Origin: Blastocystis sp. Blastoise
Lineage: Eukaryota; Protista; Bigyra: Opalinata
Direction: 5' to 3'
DNA length: 64,000 nt
Assembly (NCBI GenBank): GCA_039096225.1
Contig: JBBPEB010000015.1
Coordinates: forward strand, 124,001 to 188,000
Numbering within the stretch: the first letter of the stretch is position 1; every line of letters begins with the position of its first letter. A program made the position numbers and the translations under genes. Shown here one piece after another: positions 1 to 21,736 of this stretch. Below the pieces are notes generated by a model. That model ran no database searches. It saw only the letters and a program-made list of their open reading frames with translations, and was not told the DNA's origin.

Positions 1-8
1 CTGTGACT

Positions 9-3000
9 ATGAATAGTAATTCATCTTCATCTTCATCTAATCCTCTTAAAGAGCATTTGACTTCGGTTATAAATTCTCTTCTTGCTGCATCTCCTTACGA
101 GATATTACGTACTCCATTAGTTCATTATGATTATACTATTACGAAGGATCAATATAATAGTATTGATAAAGCTACTTTACTTAATATGTATTATGCACTA
201 GTTGAAGATCATAAGAAACTTATACAACGTTATACTATGCTTGAAGTCACTTATGATGCTAGTAAACTTATAACTCATGATTGTCATTATGAATCTAATA
301 AGAATTCTCAAGAAATTAATTCACTTGAAAATCAAATTCAATTCGATCGTCAATTAATCTCTGATTTATATATTCATTATAAATCATTAATTTATAATTC
401 AGCAACTTGGAAATATACTCTTTCTTTAGTTATGGAAGAATACAATCATATTGATACTTTTATTAATAATAAAGACTTTTGTTCGGAAATGGTGAATACT
501 ATGGCTTCGAAATCTTTAGGATTCACTTCATCTCTATCATTTATAGAAAAGAATACTCAATTGAAACAACTCTTTAATTCATTCAAAATGAAGATTCTTG
601 ATATGAATAACATAGCAAATAACATATTCACTATATATTCTATACCAGATCTTACTATAGAACAGAAGAATTGTATTCCTCTATCTACTATTAATACTTC
701 TTCTAATACTCATGAACAATCTACTAAAGACACTGGTATTATTTCTAAAGATAATAATATAATTAAGAATAGTAATGCTATTACTCATGAACAATCTACT
801 AAAGATACTGATATTATTTCTAAAGATAATAATACAATTAAGAATAGTAATGCTATTACTCATGAACAATCTACTAAAGATACTGATATTATTTCTAAAG
901 ATAATAATAATACAATTAAGAATAGTAATACTAATGCTAATAAAATTATTCCTTCAAGTGTTTCTATACCTCCTTCAACTGATACATCTATTCCTATTGT
1001 ATCTTCAGTTCCTTCATCTGATCATAAACTTAAATTAGAGTTTGATAAGAATGGCCATGTTATTATTCCTGAAGAATTCAAGCGTATGAGAGATCGTATT
1101 ATGAATGCACCTACCTCTGAAGAATTCCTTAAGAAATCTCCTGAAGAATCAAATCGTTATATTGAAGAATATCAACGATTATTAGATTCATCATCTACTC
1201 ATTCTTCTTCTACTTCTAATATTATTATTATTACAACTACTCATGGAGATTATCCATCTAGTTATCCTCGAATCCCAAAAGGATATGAATTCCGTTATGT
1301 ATTTATTGCTCCAACTAATTATGGTGATCTTTCTGATGAGGAATATCGTATTCAACGTAAGATGAACATTGCTCGTCTTCGTCGTCAATTCCATATTGAT
1401 GAAACATATCATATTATATTTGATGATCCTGAATTAACTCCTTATAGTGAAGACATTGCTTCTGTTGTTCCTATAAGTAGAGATCATCGTATTGATGTTA
1501 TTGATTGTCCAGATATGATTTACTTAGATCAAGAAGACGATATTCAAACAAAACATGATTCTATTCATTCTAATAATATTACTATCTCTCAAAATATATC
1601 ATCGATACCTACTGATTCTAATATTAATACTACTATTAAGGATACTATAGACTATAATAATGATATTAATACTACTATTAAGGATACTATAGACTATAAT
1701 AATGATATTACTACTACTATTAAGGATACTATAGACTATAATAATGATATTACTACTACTACTACATCTGAGTCTTCTGATCCGATAGCATGTGATCCAC
1801 TTAATAATAGTGATATATTATTGAGTCTAAAGAAGTATTTCCCTTGCCTTTATTATGAAGATATGCTGAAAACAATTCCTGGAGACTATATTCAAATGAT
1901 GATACAAAAAATCAATGATCTTATTGAACAAAGTATTAATTCTGAGGCTTATCTTAAGCAAGATATTTCTACTGATTCTATTACTATTCCTGTCTCTGTA
2001 GACTCATCAGATACTTATTCTAGTTCTAATATACAAAATATTTCTCAACAAGAAGTGATGATGGATTTGTCATTCCTTGATAGCCAATCATCTTCGCTTA
2101 ATCCTGCTAATACTTCACAATCTGATTATTTAAATAGTATACCTGATACTTCTTCGATTGCTAATATGAATATGAATATTAATACTACGAAAAATAATAC
2201 TAATGATTCTAGTTTTACTAATATTGATAATAGTATATCTACACCTATTGATAATGATAATAATTCTTCTAATTCTATTGATAGTAATATTGATACTAAT
2301 CATAATTCTTCTAATTCTATTGATAGTAATATTGATACTAATAATAATTCTTCTAATTCTAATTCCATTGATAATAATTCCATTGATAATAATTCTTCTA
2401 ATTCTAATTCCATTGATAATAATTCCATTGATAATAATTCCATGATTTCTAATCCTCTTGATAATGACTTATTCCCTGGATTACATTCTTGCTTTTTCCC
2501 TGATGATATTGTATCTGTTGATTTTACTGAATACACTCCTCTCCTTAAAGATAATAGATATCAATATAGAAAAAAGCCTATATATATAAAACGTAATCCT
2601 AATATTATAGAAAGACTTCGTCAGCATTGTATTCAAGTATATGCTCCCTCCAATGGTATAAAGAAGTCTTCTAATAGAAATAAGCATCAACATTTATGTA
2701 GAGTGGAACACAATAAAGATGATCCTCAATACCTCATATTCCGTATACCAAAAACATATAGTCCTTCTTCTCTTTCTGTATCTATTTCTGATTCAGATAC
2801 TATATCTAATGATTCTAAGGCTGTTCCTAATCTTAATAAGAATACTTATAATCCTATTCATTATTTTAATAAGAAATCTAAAAATTTCTTTAAAGATGCT
2901 CTCGCAAATTGTTTTAAATTAAAAATTAACTCAATAAAACCTTCAAATACTACTATTACCACTGATAATAATAATACTATTAATGCTACTACTACTGTTG

Positions 3001-4398
3001 ATACTAATAATATTGTAAATAGTAATAGACTAAGTCATATTCGACCTCCAAGAGTTATAAAGAAGTCTAAACCAACTGCTTCTATTTCTAATACGGAGTC
3101 ATTGCTTTCTCCTTCATCCGTTAACTTAACATCATTCTCAATTGATCCTTCTATTATACACACTAATACGACTAATAATGATAATACTAATAACAATATA
3201 AATACTATTAATTCTATTAACAATGATACTACTGATACTAATTCTAATAGCAATGATATTAATTCTTCTATTACTCCTACTATTATCGATAATAATATCA
3301 TTACTCCTTCAAATCTAGTTTCTACTAGTGTTATTTCTACTATTGATTCTACTGATATTGTGTCTAATCCTTCTACTAATGATTTGGTTACTAATACTGC
3401 TGATTTGGTTACTAATACGGCTACTAATGATTTGATTACTAATAGTGCTAATGATTTGATTACTAATAGTGCTAATGATTTGGTTATTAATACAACTGCT
3501 AATGATTTGGTTATTAATACAACTACTAATGATTTGGTTACTAATACTACTACTTCTCCTACTACTGATACTAATGATTTGATTACTAATACTTCTCCTA
3601 CGACTACTAATGATTTGGTTATTAATACTACTACTTCTCTTACTAATGATTTGGTTATTAATACTACTAATACTTATCCTAATACTTCTCCTACTCCTAT
3701 TAATGATTTAGTTACTACTATTCCTCCTCCTCCTACTACTACTAACCCTACTACTACTACTAATACTAATACTAATACTAATACTAATGATTTAGTTACT
3801 AATACTACTACTACTCCTATTAATGATTTACTTCCTACTTCTAATAAAAATAATTTAGTTTCTACTCCTTCTACTACTACTAATCCTACTAATGACTCAA
3901 TATCTCCAACTACTACTACTACTATTACTGATTCTATTATTTCTTCCCCTATTCCTACTTCTCCATCTCTTTCTATTCCTACTGATTCTATTACTTCTTT
4001 TATTCCTACTTCTCCTAATTCTAATATTACTTCTTCTATTCCTAATGATTCCACTGATTATAGTGATATTCTTCTTCTTTCTACTTCTACTCCTATTCCT
4101 ACGACTATTGTTACTACTCAACCCACCACCACCACCACCACCACCATTATGGATAGTAATAATACAACTATAAATATGGCTCCTAAGAAACCATTAAGAA
4201 GAAGAGTTGCCTTTTCAAGTATATATGTCCCTCCTGTTCCTGAAGATTATGAAGAACCCGTTCAACCTAAGAATGATCTAGAAGATGTAGAATTAAATGG
4301 CTATTCAAGTGCATTTAATCTATTTGAAATGATGGAACAAGAAGAAAAAAATATGAATCAAAGTTTTAATGATTTATTCCCTACTATAAAGAAGAATG

Positions 4399-4461
<63 letters not shown>

Positions 4462-5399
4462 GTGAATCTAATTTTCATCCTCCTAATTCTATGTCTCAAA
4501 ATGAATTCCTAGAAGCTATTTATAAGTTAGATCCATTATTAAAAAGTGTTATGGAAAAAGAACAATTAAAACAAAAGAATTTAAATAATATCAACACTAA
4601 TGATAATATCAATGATATGATACTTTCTTCCCTAAGGTCTATTTCTTTGAATTCTACTCCTAATAATTCTATTCCTGTTCAATCCATTCCTAATAATTCT
4701 ATTCCTGTTGAATCCATTTATAATTCTATTCCTGTTCAATCTATTTCTAATACTACTAAATCTATTCCAAATGAATCTATTAGTAAACCTATTAATAATT
4801 CTGTAGATGAATCTATTAATGAATCTATAACTAAATCTATTAATAAACCTATAACTAAATCTATAACTAAATCTATTAATAAATCTATAACTAAATCTAT
4901 TAATAAACCTATTCCAGCTAAATCTATAACTAAATCTATGAATAAACCTATTACTAAATCTCTTTCAACTAAAGCTATTACTCAACCTCTAAAAGAAGTA
5001 TCTAATAGTAATTCCATACAGACTAATTCTATTCCGTCTAAGGATATTGAAGTGACGCTTCCTGCTTATGAACATTCTCCTCTTATTAATCAACAACTTC
5101 GATATTTAACTCAAGAAATGAATACACTTCATAGTTCTACACAATCAAATAATTCATCATTTACTCAATCTGTATTATCACCTACGACAAAGATCAATTT
5201 AAAGAAATCTGTTTTCTGTAAACAGACTCCTCAATTTACATTCGATGTTCTTGCGAAATTAAAACAAAGTGCTCAACAGCATATACCTCCCGGACAAAGT
5301 ATTTCTATACCACTTACTGCTGAAAATGTCCTCCCCTTCCGAGAATATGCCTCGAGAAACACCTATATCGAGCCTGAATCAGATTCAGACTCCAATTAA
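9..5399 (+). CDS. Intronless ~1796-aa hypothetical protein: helical N-terminus, then long N/T/S/I/D-rich disordered region with several tandem peptide repeats
   Basis: 5.4-kb uninterrupted frame in very AT-rich DNA. First ATG is at 9, but the frame is open to the window edge, so the gene may start upstream. Ends in TAA. No recognisable domain. Contains an RVxF-like motif (RRRVAF). Confidence 0.8.
708..930 (+). repeat. Coding tandem repeat, 75-nt unit x3 (THEQSTKDTDIISKDNNTIKNSNAI)
   Basis: ACTCATGAACAATCTACTAAAGA recurs at 708, 783 and 858. Confidence 0.95.
1621..1760 (+). repeat. Coding tandem repeat, 42-nt unit x3 (DI(N/T)TTIKDTIDYNN)
   Basis: ACTACTATTAAGGATACTATAGACTATAATAATGAT is repeated three times. 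Confidence 0.9.
3376..3835 (+). repeat. Degenerate coding repeat (T/A)NDL(V/I)(T/I)N, more than 10 copies, Thr-rich
   Basis: Recurrent AATGATTTG(G/A)TT with variable spacers. Confidence 0.85.
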
Positions 5400-5480
5400 G
5401 ATTTATTTCTTCTTAAAAAATAATCTTATTATCCTCTTCATATATATACATTTTCTTTTATCCATATATATATATATTTT

Positions 5481-5745
5481 CATTTTATATTGTATTTTTT
5501 TTTTTAATTTTTAATTTATATTTGAACTAATTTTCTACTTTTAAATTTTCCTTTTCCTTTGATTTTTTTACATTTTATATTGTATTTTTTTTTAATCTTT
5601 AATTTATATTAACTGATTTTCCACTTTTAAATTTTCCTTTTCCTTTGATTTTTTTTTTACATTTTATATTATATTTTTTAATATTTAATTTATATTTTAA
5701 CTTCTTTTCCACTTTTCAATTTTCCTTTTCCTTTGATTTTTTTTA
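5481..5745 (+). repeat. Non-coding tandem triplication of a ~89-nt T-rich unit, 3' of ORF1
   Basis: CATTTTATATT...ACTTTT(A/C)AATTTTCCTTTTCCTTTGATTTT at about 5481, 5571 and 5660. Confidence 0.9.
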
Positions 5746-6731
5746 TTATTTATTTATCGTATATTTACTGAATTCCATAATTTACGACTTTTTATTATGG
5801 TTTTTAAATAGCAATATTATAGTTCTATCAGATCTGTGTTGCTACTTGTTTATATACACTTTAAATAATATATTTATTTTTTCTTAAATTTTTCATTTTT
5901 TCGTTTTACTTATTTATAACCTTTTTTTTTAATAGAAATGTTTTTACTGGTTATTAAATAATATTTTAAATACATTTGTTTTGCTTACTGATAACACATG
6001 ATGCTACTTATTCACTAGTATTACTTGACTGAAATATGCATTATATTTGATACTCACTAGGTGCCTTCAATACGATTGAAATACACTATATATCTATTAC
6101 AATGAGTATATACTAATGTATACCATTAAAACACTGAAATCCAATAATATAGTCACAAAAATATTTACTTAAATTTGTTGTAACATAATTATACTTATTA
6201 GAAAAAAAAACAAAACAAAACAATAATATTAATTAATAAAAAATGTTTTAGAAGATTCTATTAAAGAATTTCATGCTACTCGAAAACATATATATATATA
6301 AGAAAGAGAGATAAATAAATTATAAAATACAATAAAAGTAAAGAAATCAGTATATAAATATATTACAATAACATAAATGAAGTTAACATAGAAAACAAAC
6401 AAAAATAAAAATAAAAATAGCAAATATATAATAAATTAATATATATATATAATCAGAATTACCGAATCGTAAGAAATCAAAAAAGAAAAAAAATGAAAAA
6501 TTGAAAAAGATAAAAAGATATATATATATATTCTATAAAAACAACTATCGGTAAAAATAAAACAAATTTAAAAAAAAAAACACAAATTGAATCAACAAGC
6601 GAATAATTAAAATACAATAACATATATATATAATGTAAACAGAAGTATGCTAAGAATATATACAGGTAAATGATTTGAATAATAAATATATAAATATTAA
6701 TAAGAATCGATAGTTACCTATATAAACATAT

Positions 6732-15075
<8,344 letters not shown>

Positions 15076-16490
15076 AGTTTGATTTATATTTTTTGAATTC
15101 TTTATTCAAAGCAATGATTATAAATAATAACCAAAAAACTATAACGAATAAACAATAAAAGGAAAGAGATTTCGGATAATTACGCTTTTTAAATTTGTTA
15201 AGAAAAATGGCTTGAGGGGAAAAGACGCTTCTATCTCCTCAGGATAATCTTGACTTTTATCGAGGAAACACAACAAAAATCAGATTTAATCATGAATCTA
15301 TTTGAATCATCTGTTTATTGATATATAACACTCCATTAGTAAGTCCTTGTCGTGTACACACCAATAGTAATTTTTCGTATCGATAAGCATAAATATAAGA
15401 TCTCTAGTTATAATTCATATATTTTAGGGAATCTTCTAAGATGTTGATGTCAATATATTGAGTGATTTATCATTATTATTCATTTATAAGTGAACGTCAA
15501 TTCTTTTATATCCCAGTAGTATCAGAACAAACGGCAATTTTATCTGATGGTGTGCTTCCTTTTTGGTAATGAATTTGAAACCATATATTTAAAATAGATA
15601 GTCAGATTAGTGATGTTTATAGAAAACAGGCAGTAATCTGAATATATTAGAAAAAGGTTTTCAAATACTTAAAAACACATTATTGGTCATTATATAGAGA
15701 GTTAGAGTTGAATCATTCACTATAATAATTATTATGCTATGCATCACTCTACATGATTTAAATATCATATCTATACATTAAACCACTTATTTTAATCGTC
15801 ATTATTGTCTAAAAAGGTATCAAATTAAAGCTTAAATTTGCATAGTTAAGCTATATGGTATTTATTATATATTAATAATATATTTCTCAAAAAAAATAGC
15901 GTCTAGAATACTTTTTATTTTGAAATTTTTAATGATCAGTTTTTTAATATATTTTACTAACATTTAAAAATAGAACATCTACAAGTATTGTCTAACATTG
16001 TTAAAGTGTTTTTAAAACGAAATAATTACACAAACGTTTGAATAGTGTATCACAACTATTCGAGAAGAGACTATTGATTTCATTTTTGATATCTTGAATA
16101 GAGGAATAACTTTGTCAGAATAATCTTATCACAATATACATCAACAAAAAATTCACAAAAGTATCAATTAACATAAATAACGCTCTTCTACACTTTAAAT
16201 AATATTAATAATATTACATGTATATATACATATGTATATATTATATAACAAAATATTTTAATCTATTTTGTAATAAGTAGTACTGAGGTATATAATGTAT
16301 TTTAAAAATTATGTCTTGAATGCGCAAATTGTTTTTTATTTTCTTTTTTTTTATTATGACTAAAAATCACATTTGTTTTATCTTTTTTCTATCTCTTACT
16401 GTCATTTACACAATGATTATGATACTAGATAGATATAAAATGTTCATTGTTTAGATATCATATTTTTTTATCAGTTAACAATTGCAAAAA

Positions 16491-16558
16491 ATACGGATGA
16501 TAACGCTTACAATACTCTAATAAGTACTTCAAAGGACATGATGAGATCTGAATCGTAT
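16491..16558 (+). ncRNA. Candidate box C/D snoRNA
   Basis: Terminal inverted repeat ATACG/CGTAT. C-like box ATGATAA (16497), D'-like CTAA (16517), C' ATGATGA (16538) and D CTGA (16548). The guide GCTTACAATAC is complementary to GUAUUGUAAGC, which I recall from the 3' domain of yeast 25S rRNA. Confidence 0.5.
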
Positions 16559-17339
16559 ATTGACAATAATATTCAAATCTTTTTTTTGTTTATTTTGCGT
16601 AAATTATTTAAAAATGAGAAGACCATTATAGTTACGATCGATTAAAAGTCGCTGTTTCTTAATATATTTGCTTTTCAAAAAAAGAGTATTTAAATAACTA
16701 TTCACTTATATTTATTTTTATATATTTATAAAACACATTTGTGCTACCATTATAGAAAACGAGGATATAATTGAAAAAGAATAAGATTATATCATAATTA
16801 CAATGTTTTTACACTCATACTATGTTTAAACACGTTTATTTTCGCAAATCAATATATCACTATGACATTACATATAGATCTCAGCATAATTAAACGATAA
16901 GCGAGAGAGATTATTGAAGTAAATATGAATTGTGAGATTTCGTAATATATTAAATATTCATTATCAACATAAATCTTATCAATTTCATGTAATAGCAATA
17001 AAATACATAAATACTCATATTCTTCATCAATGAATAGTCAAATAAAGTGTAAAATTTATTTTAACTACTATGAATAGCATTCCTTTGCCTGAATTCTGAT
17101 ATAAATAAGCGATACGAACGTTTTAATAGACTAAAAATTGAAAAAGTTCTTTTACGAAATCAGGAAAAAGAACTATCTTTTCTTTCCCGTGAATAAATCA
17201 GAAAAATACCTGCATGTGAATGATTTTCCTGAAATAGAGGAAAACGAGTTAAATGAGTGGTTGTAAAACGGCTCTATGCAATTTCAAAAAGGAGACTTCT
17301 TCATATTATTTTGTTTATTAGATATCCAAATCCATCAAA

Positions 17340-20315
17340 ATGGGTAATCAACAAGCTGTGTCTCGTGATGCTTTTGATGAGTTACAAACAAAGTATTATG
17401 CTTTGGATATGGACTACAAGGATTGCTTGGCTGATCTTGATATGAAGAAGATCGAGACAAGTAAAGCCAATGAAGCCAAGGAACTCAAGGAAAGAAAGCT
17501 TAACGAGCTTAAATTAATATTAATTCCTCCGGAAGAACTTAATGATAAGACTGCCGATGATACTCCTGAAGAAATTATGAAGAATCGTAAGGAGAGATAC
17601 AATCAATTAACGAAGGCTAGTGAATATATTGAAGAATATAAGAAATATAAAGAAAGTGCTCAAGCTTGGAAAGAAAGAGCTGAACATTTCGATCAAATGG
17701 CTGAAACTGAATATAATAATTCTCTTCAATATAGAAAGGAATATGAAGAAGAAGTCGTTGATATTCAATCAAAAATTGAATCTGGTTTACCTGAAGAGGA
17801 CCAACTTCTTAAGCAACAATTAGTTGCTGAAAGAGCTGGACATCTTGCTCGTGCTAATTGGGACTACAAAGTTAAGGGTGAATATGAAAGAAAGATTACT
17901 GAAGTTCGTAAAAATGCAATTGCTCTTCGTAAAGATCTTGTTAGTGAAGAAGATTTACCTTCTTATAATAAGGCTTTAGATGAAATTGATGAAACAAATC
18001 GTAAATATGCTGCTCTTGAATCAGATCATGTAGCTTTAGAAGCTTCTTTTAAAGCTCTTGATACTTGGTTAAATACTGAAAAAGAAAAGATTATTGCTCA
18101 ACGTGATGCTGATATTTTAGTGTATACAAATCAAATAAAAGAGAAAGATAATGATATTTCTAATAAGGAACAAGAAATTAAGAGATTAAATGAGAGTCTT
18201 GAACAATCTGATGCTGCTAATGAATCCTTACAAAATGAGATTGATGGTCTTCATTCTGATTATGCTTCTTTAGAAGCTGTATTAAAGGAATCTCAAGAGA
18301 CTGTTGCTCAGAGAGATGAAGAAATTAAGAACTTAAAACAAAGTTTAGTTGATTTTGAGAATAAATATAATCTTGATATGGCTAAATGGGAAGAAAAGTA
18401 TAATACTAATATGGCTTTAATGGATTCTCGTATTGAAGAAATGAATAGAGAAAAAGAAGAAGCTTCTCGTAATTCTAAGAATATCATTAATTCCATTCGT
18501 GTTGCTGCTAAGAGTGCTATTAATAAGTATACTGATGCTGAAAATGAATTAAAGAATCAATTAAATGATAAACAAGAACAAATTCAAGTATTATCTACTG
18601 AAATGTCTGATTTACAAGCTAAATCTGATGATAATGAACGTAAATTAAATGCTAAGATTCAACAATTAGATGCTTCTAATAAGGATTATATTCAACAAAT
18701 GGGTGATTTACAAGATGAAATAGAAGAAAAGGAGAATATGATCAATCAATTAAGTGAAGATAAAGAGAATGCTATTAAGAGAGGTGATGGCTTAGAACTT
18801 GATTTAGTTACTCTTCGTAATACTATTCGTGCTCTTAAGACTGAAGTTAATCAAACTCTTCAAACTGTTGGTGTAGAAACTGTCTTCCAAGATGATGAAA
18901 CTACTGATGATATTAAGAATGCTGTTAATAGTACTATTATATCTTATAATGGTAGAATTAATGATTTGAATGAAGAAGCTGATAAATTACAACAAACAAT
19001 TTCTGATTATGAAAAGAGAGATGATGAACAAAGAGAAACTATTAAGAGTCTTAATACTACTAAGAATGAAAATGCTGTTAAGATTTCTGAATTAGAAGAT
19101 GAAATTGAAGATTTAGAATCTGAAATTGCTGATCTTAAGAAAGAATATGATGAACTTAAGGCTTCTACTGATGCTGAAATTGCTAGATTATTAGCTTCTA
19201 TTGCTGCTAAGGAAGATGAATTAGAAAGAACTAAGAAGGAAGATGCTGATACTCTTAATAATACTGTTGCTACATTAAATGATAAATTTAAGAAGAAGGA
19301 AGCTAGTTATAAAGAAGATATGCTTGCTTTAAGAGAACAAATGGAAGAAATGGCTAATGATACTCAAAAGATTGATGAAGCTGTTAATGCTGCTGTTGCT
19401 CCTATTCTTGCTAAATCCAATGCTACTCAAACTAGAATGCAAAGTGAAATTGATCGTTTACGTGAACAATTAGATCTTAAGAATAATCAAGATAGTGCTT
19501 TACCTGCTATTGCTAGTTTTAATCCTATTACTATTGATGATTATAAGATTGAAGCTGATAATTTACGTAGTCAATTACAAATGTTTAAGGATCGTGATGA
19601 ACAACAAAGATCTCGTCTTAATGAAGCTATTCGTGATGTCAATGATAAGAATCTTTCTATTGGTCAATTAAAGGAAGAAATTGAAGAACTTAATGAAGAA
19701 TTAAGTCGTTTAACTGCTAAGAATAAGGAATTAGAACGTACTAAGACTCAATATGAAGAACTTCAAAAGACTTCTGCTGATCAAGCTAAACAATTAAGAG
19801 ATTTGAAGAATGAGAAAGATACTCTTGATGCTAAATTAGCTGAAAATGCTAATGAAATCACTAAGAAGGATGCTAAGATTAGTGATTTGTTAACTCAATT
19901 GGATGAATCTGTTAAATGGAAGAATGATGATGACTCTAAATCTTCAGAATTACAAACTTTATATCAACAACGTATTGATGATTTCGAAAGCTTAATTAAG
20001 ACTTCTAATGATGAAGAAAAGATGACTCGTTTACTTAATGTTATTAAGAAGGAAGAAGGTAATGTAAAGTCATTAAGACAACAAGTCAAGGATCTTAATT
20101 TCCAAATGACTGAAAAGACATGGCGTGCTCAAAATGCTCAAAAGGAATTAGAAGATATGAAGGAAGAAATGAGAAATAAGATTGAACAAATTTCTTCTAC
20201 TATTAAGATGAACCAAGAAACTTATGAAAAGGAACGTCAACAATTAGAAGAAACTATTGCTAATAAGGATAAGGAAATTAATGAATTAAGAGAACAAATC
20301 ACTGAGCTTGAATAA
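17340..20315 (+). CDS. Intronless 991-aa long coiled-coil protein with possible N-myristoylation (MGNQQA...)
   Basis: Uninterrupted ORF with E/K/Q/L heptad composition throughout. Strong codon bias (GCT, CGT, AAG). Gly at position 2. Confidence 0.9.
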   Translation: MGNQQAVSRDAFDELQTKYYALDMDYKDCLADLDMKKIETSKANEAKELKERKLNELKLILIPPEELNDKTADDTPEEIMKNRKERYNQLTKASEYIEEYKKYKESAQAWKERAEHFDQMAETEYNNSLQYRKEYEEEVVDIQSKIESGLPEEDQLLKQQLVAERAGHLARANWDYKVKGEYERKITEVRKNAIALRKDLVSEEDLPSYNKALDEIDETNRKYAALESDHVALEASFKALDTWLNTEKEKIIAQRDADILVYTNQIKEKDNDISNKEQEIKRLNESLEQSDAANESLQNEIDGLHSDYASLEAVLKESQETVAQRDEEIKNLKQSLVDFENKYNLDMAKWEEKYNTNMALMDSRIEEMNREKEEASRNSKNIINSIRVAAKSAINKYTDAENELKNQLNDKQEQIQVLSTEMSDLQAKSDDNERKLNAKIQQLDASNKDYIQQMGDLQDEIEEKENMINQLSEDKENAIKRGDGLELDLVTLRNTIRALKTEVNQTLQTVGVETVFQDDETTDDIKNAVNSTIISYNGRINDLNEEADKLQQTISDYEKRDDEQRETIKSLNTTKNENAVKISELEDEIEDLESEIADLKKEYDELKASTDAEIARLLASIAAKEDELERTKKEDADTLNNTVATLNDKFKKKEASYKEDMLALREQMEEMANDTQKIDEAVNAAVAPILAKSNATQTRMQSEIDRLREQLDLKNNQDSALPAIASFNPITIDDYKIEADNLRSQLQMFKDRDEQQRSRLNEAIRDVNDKNLSIGQLKEEIEELNEELSRLTAKNKELERTKTQYEELQKTSADQAKQLRDLKNEKDTLDAKLAENANEITKKDAKISDLLTQLDESVKWKNDDDSKSSELQTLYQQRIDDFESLIKTSNDEEKMTRLLNVIKKEEGNVKSLRQQVKDLNFQMTEKTWRAQNAQKELEDMKEEMRNKIEQISSTIKMNQETYEKERQQLEETIANKDKEINELREQITELE

Positions 20316-20575
20316 AGTTTTTAAAATTGCTTTTCTTTTTAATCTTGGTTTTAAAGAATTATTTATTACATTTTAATTATTCTTTCTATTTTTTTTTTCT
20401 TTTTTTTTCTTTTTTTTTAATGTGATATGTGTATATTAAAGTGGATGTATTATTATTTAAATGAATTGTTTTGTTATTTGTTGTTTTATTAATATTAATA
20501 AAACGTTTTTTAAATACAACATTATTCGAAAATAGAATGATAAATATCACATTTTTTTTATTCATATATATATAT

Positions 20576-21365
20576 TTATCGTAGAGTCACTTTCATTATA
20601 GAGGATACTTCTTTACGTACTTGATCTTGTAGGACATTGATTTCCTATAGATATATAATAAATAGAATATGTAAATAATTGAATAATATAAGAAGAAGAA
20701 TAGAGAGATTATACTTCATTTGTGAGGTTTCTATCAAGAGATCTATAAGTGATTCGATAGCATAAAGAAGTCTTATCTTTCTTAGGATTATGGAAACTGT
20801 CAATTAACTCAATCTTCTCAACCATATCATTCGTATGTTCTCTTATTATCTCACAGAAAGTATTCTCAGAAAAACTATCTTCTATAGGTATAGGAATTGA
20901 ATGAAATATATAGTTTAAATTGAGTTTCAAGATATATTTTGTTTATTATATTTATATTATTTATTATATTTATATTATTTATTATATATTTATTTAATAA
21001 TTATTCATATATATACGTTTCATTCCTTGAGGTAAAAAGAATGACATATCTTTATAGCATGATGGATATTTAGAGAAAGGAATAAAATGAGGTATATGTT
21101 TATTAATAACATTTACATTAATACCTTCATCGTATCCTATATATATATGACTTATTAGTATTATACACTATATATTAAAGTAATAATTATATATATATAT
21201 ATATAAACCTTTAAATTGAGAGAGGAATCTAGGATCTTGACTCCATAATAATCGAATATCCGGAATAGAAAACAGAATCATTGCTAAACGATCTAAACCA
21301 AAACCTAAAGCCCATCCTTTCTTATCCTTTATATATTATTATTATTATATTCATATATTAAAATA

Positions 21366-21415
<50 letters not shown>

Positions 21416-21702
21416 TGACATGACCATTCTTAAGTACTTGATCTTGAATTTGACCACAACCTAATACCTATAGTAATAATAACATATATATATATATAAA
21501 CATATAGTTATTCTTAAGAGAATAATAATTATATATTGAAAACTGTTTACTAATAACATGATAAAAACTATATATATATATATATACCTCAACCCAATTA
21601 TGATCAAAGTTAATTTCTAATTCTAATGAATTACAAGTAAATGGAAAATATCCTTCAACCCATCTCATCTATATATAATAATAATAATAATAAACATAAT
21701 AA

Positions 21703-21736
<34 letters not shown>

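Noticed and set aside
708-930. CRISPR-like array
   Set aside because: Contiguous in-frame coding repeats with no unique spacers, in a eukaryotic context.
5998-6140. Other C/D snoRNA-like box pairs (also about 17030-17100 and 48378-48563)
   Set aside because: Poor boxes or wrong spacing, no terminal stem and no recognisable rRNA guide.
15300-15700. Possible gene or hAT relic in the intergenic gap (12-nt match TTACCAAAAAGG to the transposase; 8-bp hairpin at 15602-15641)
   Set aside because: The match does not extend, the frames close quickly, and a match this short is plausible by chance in AT-rich DNA.
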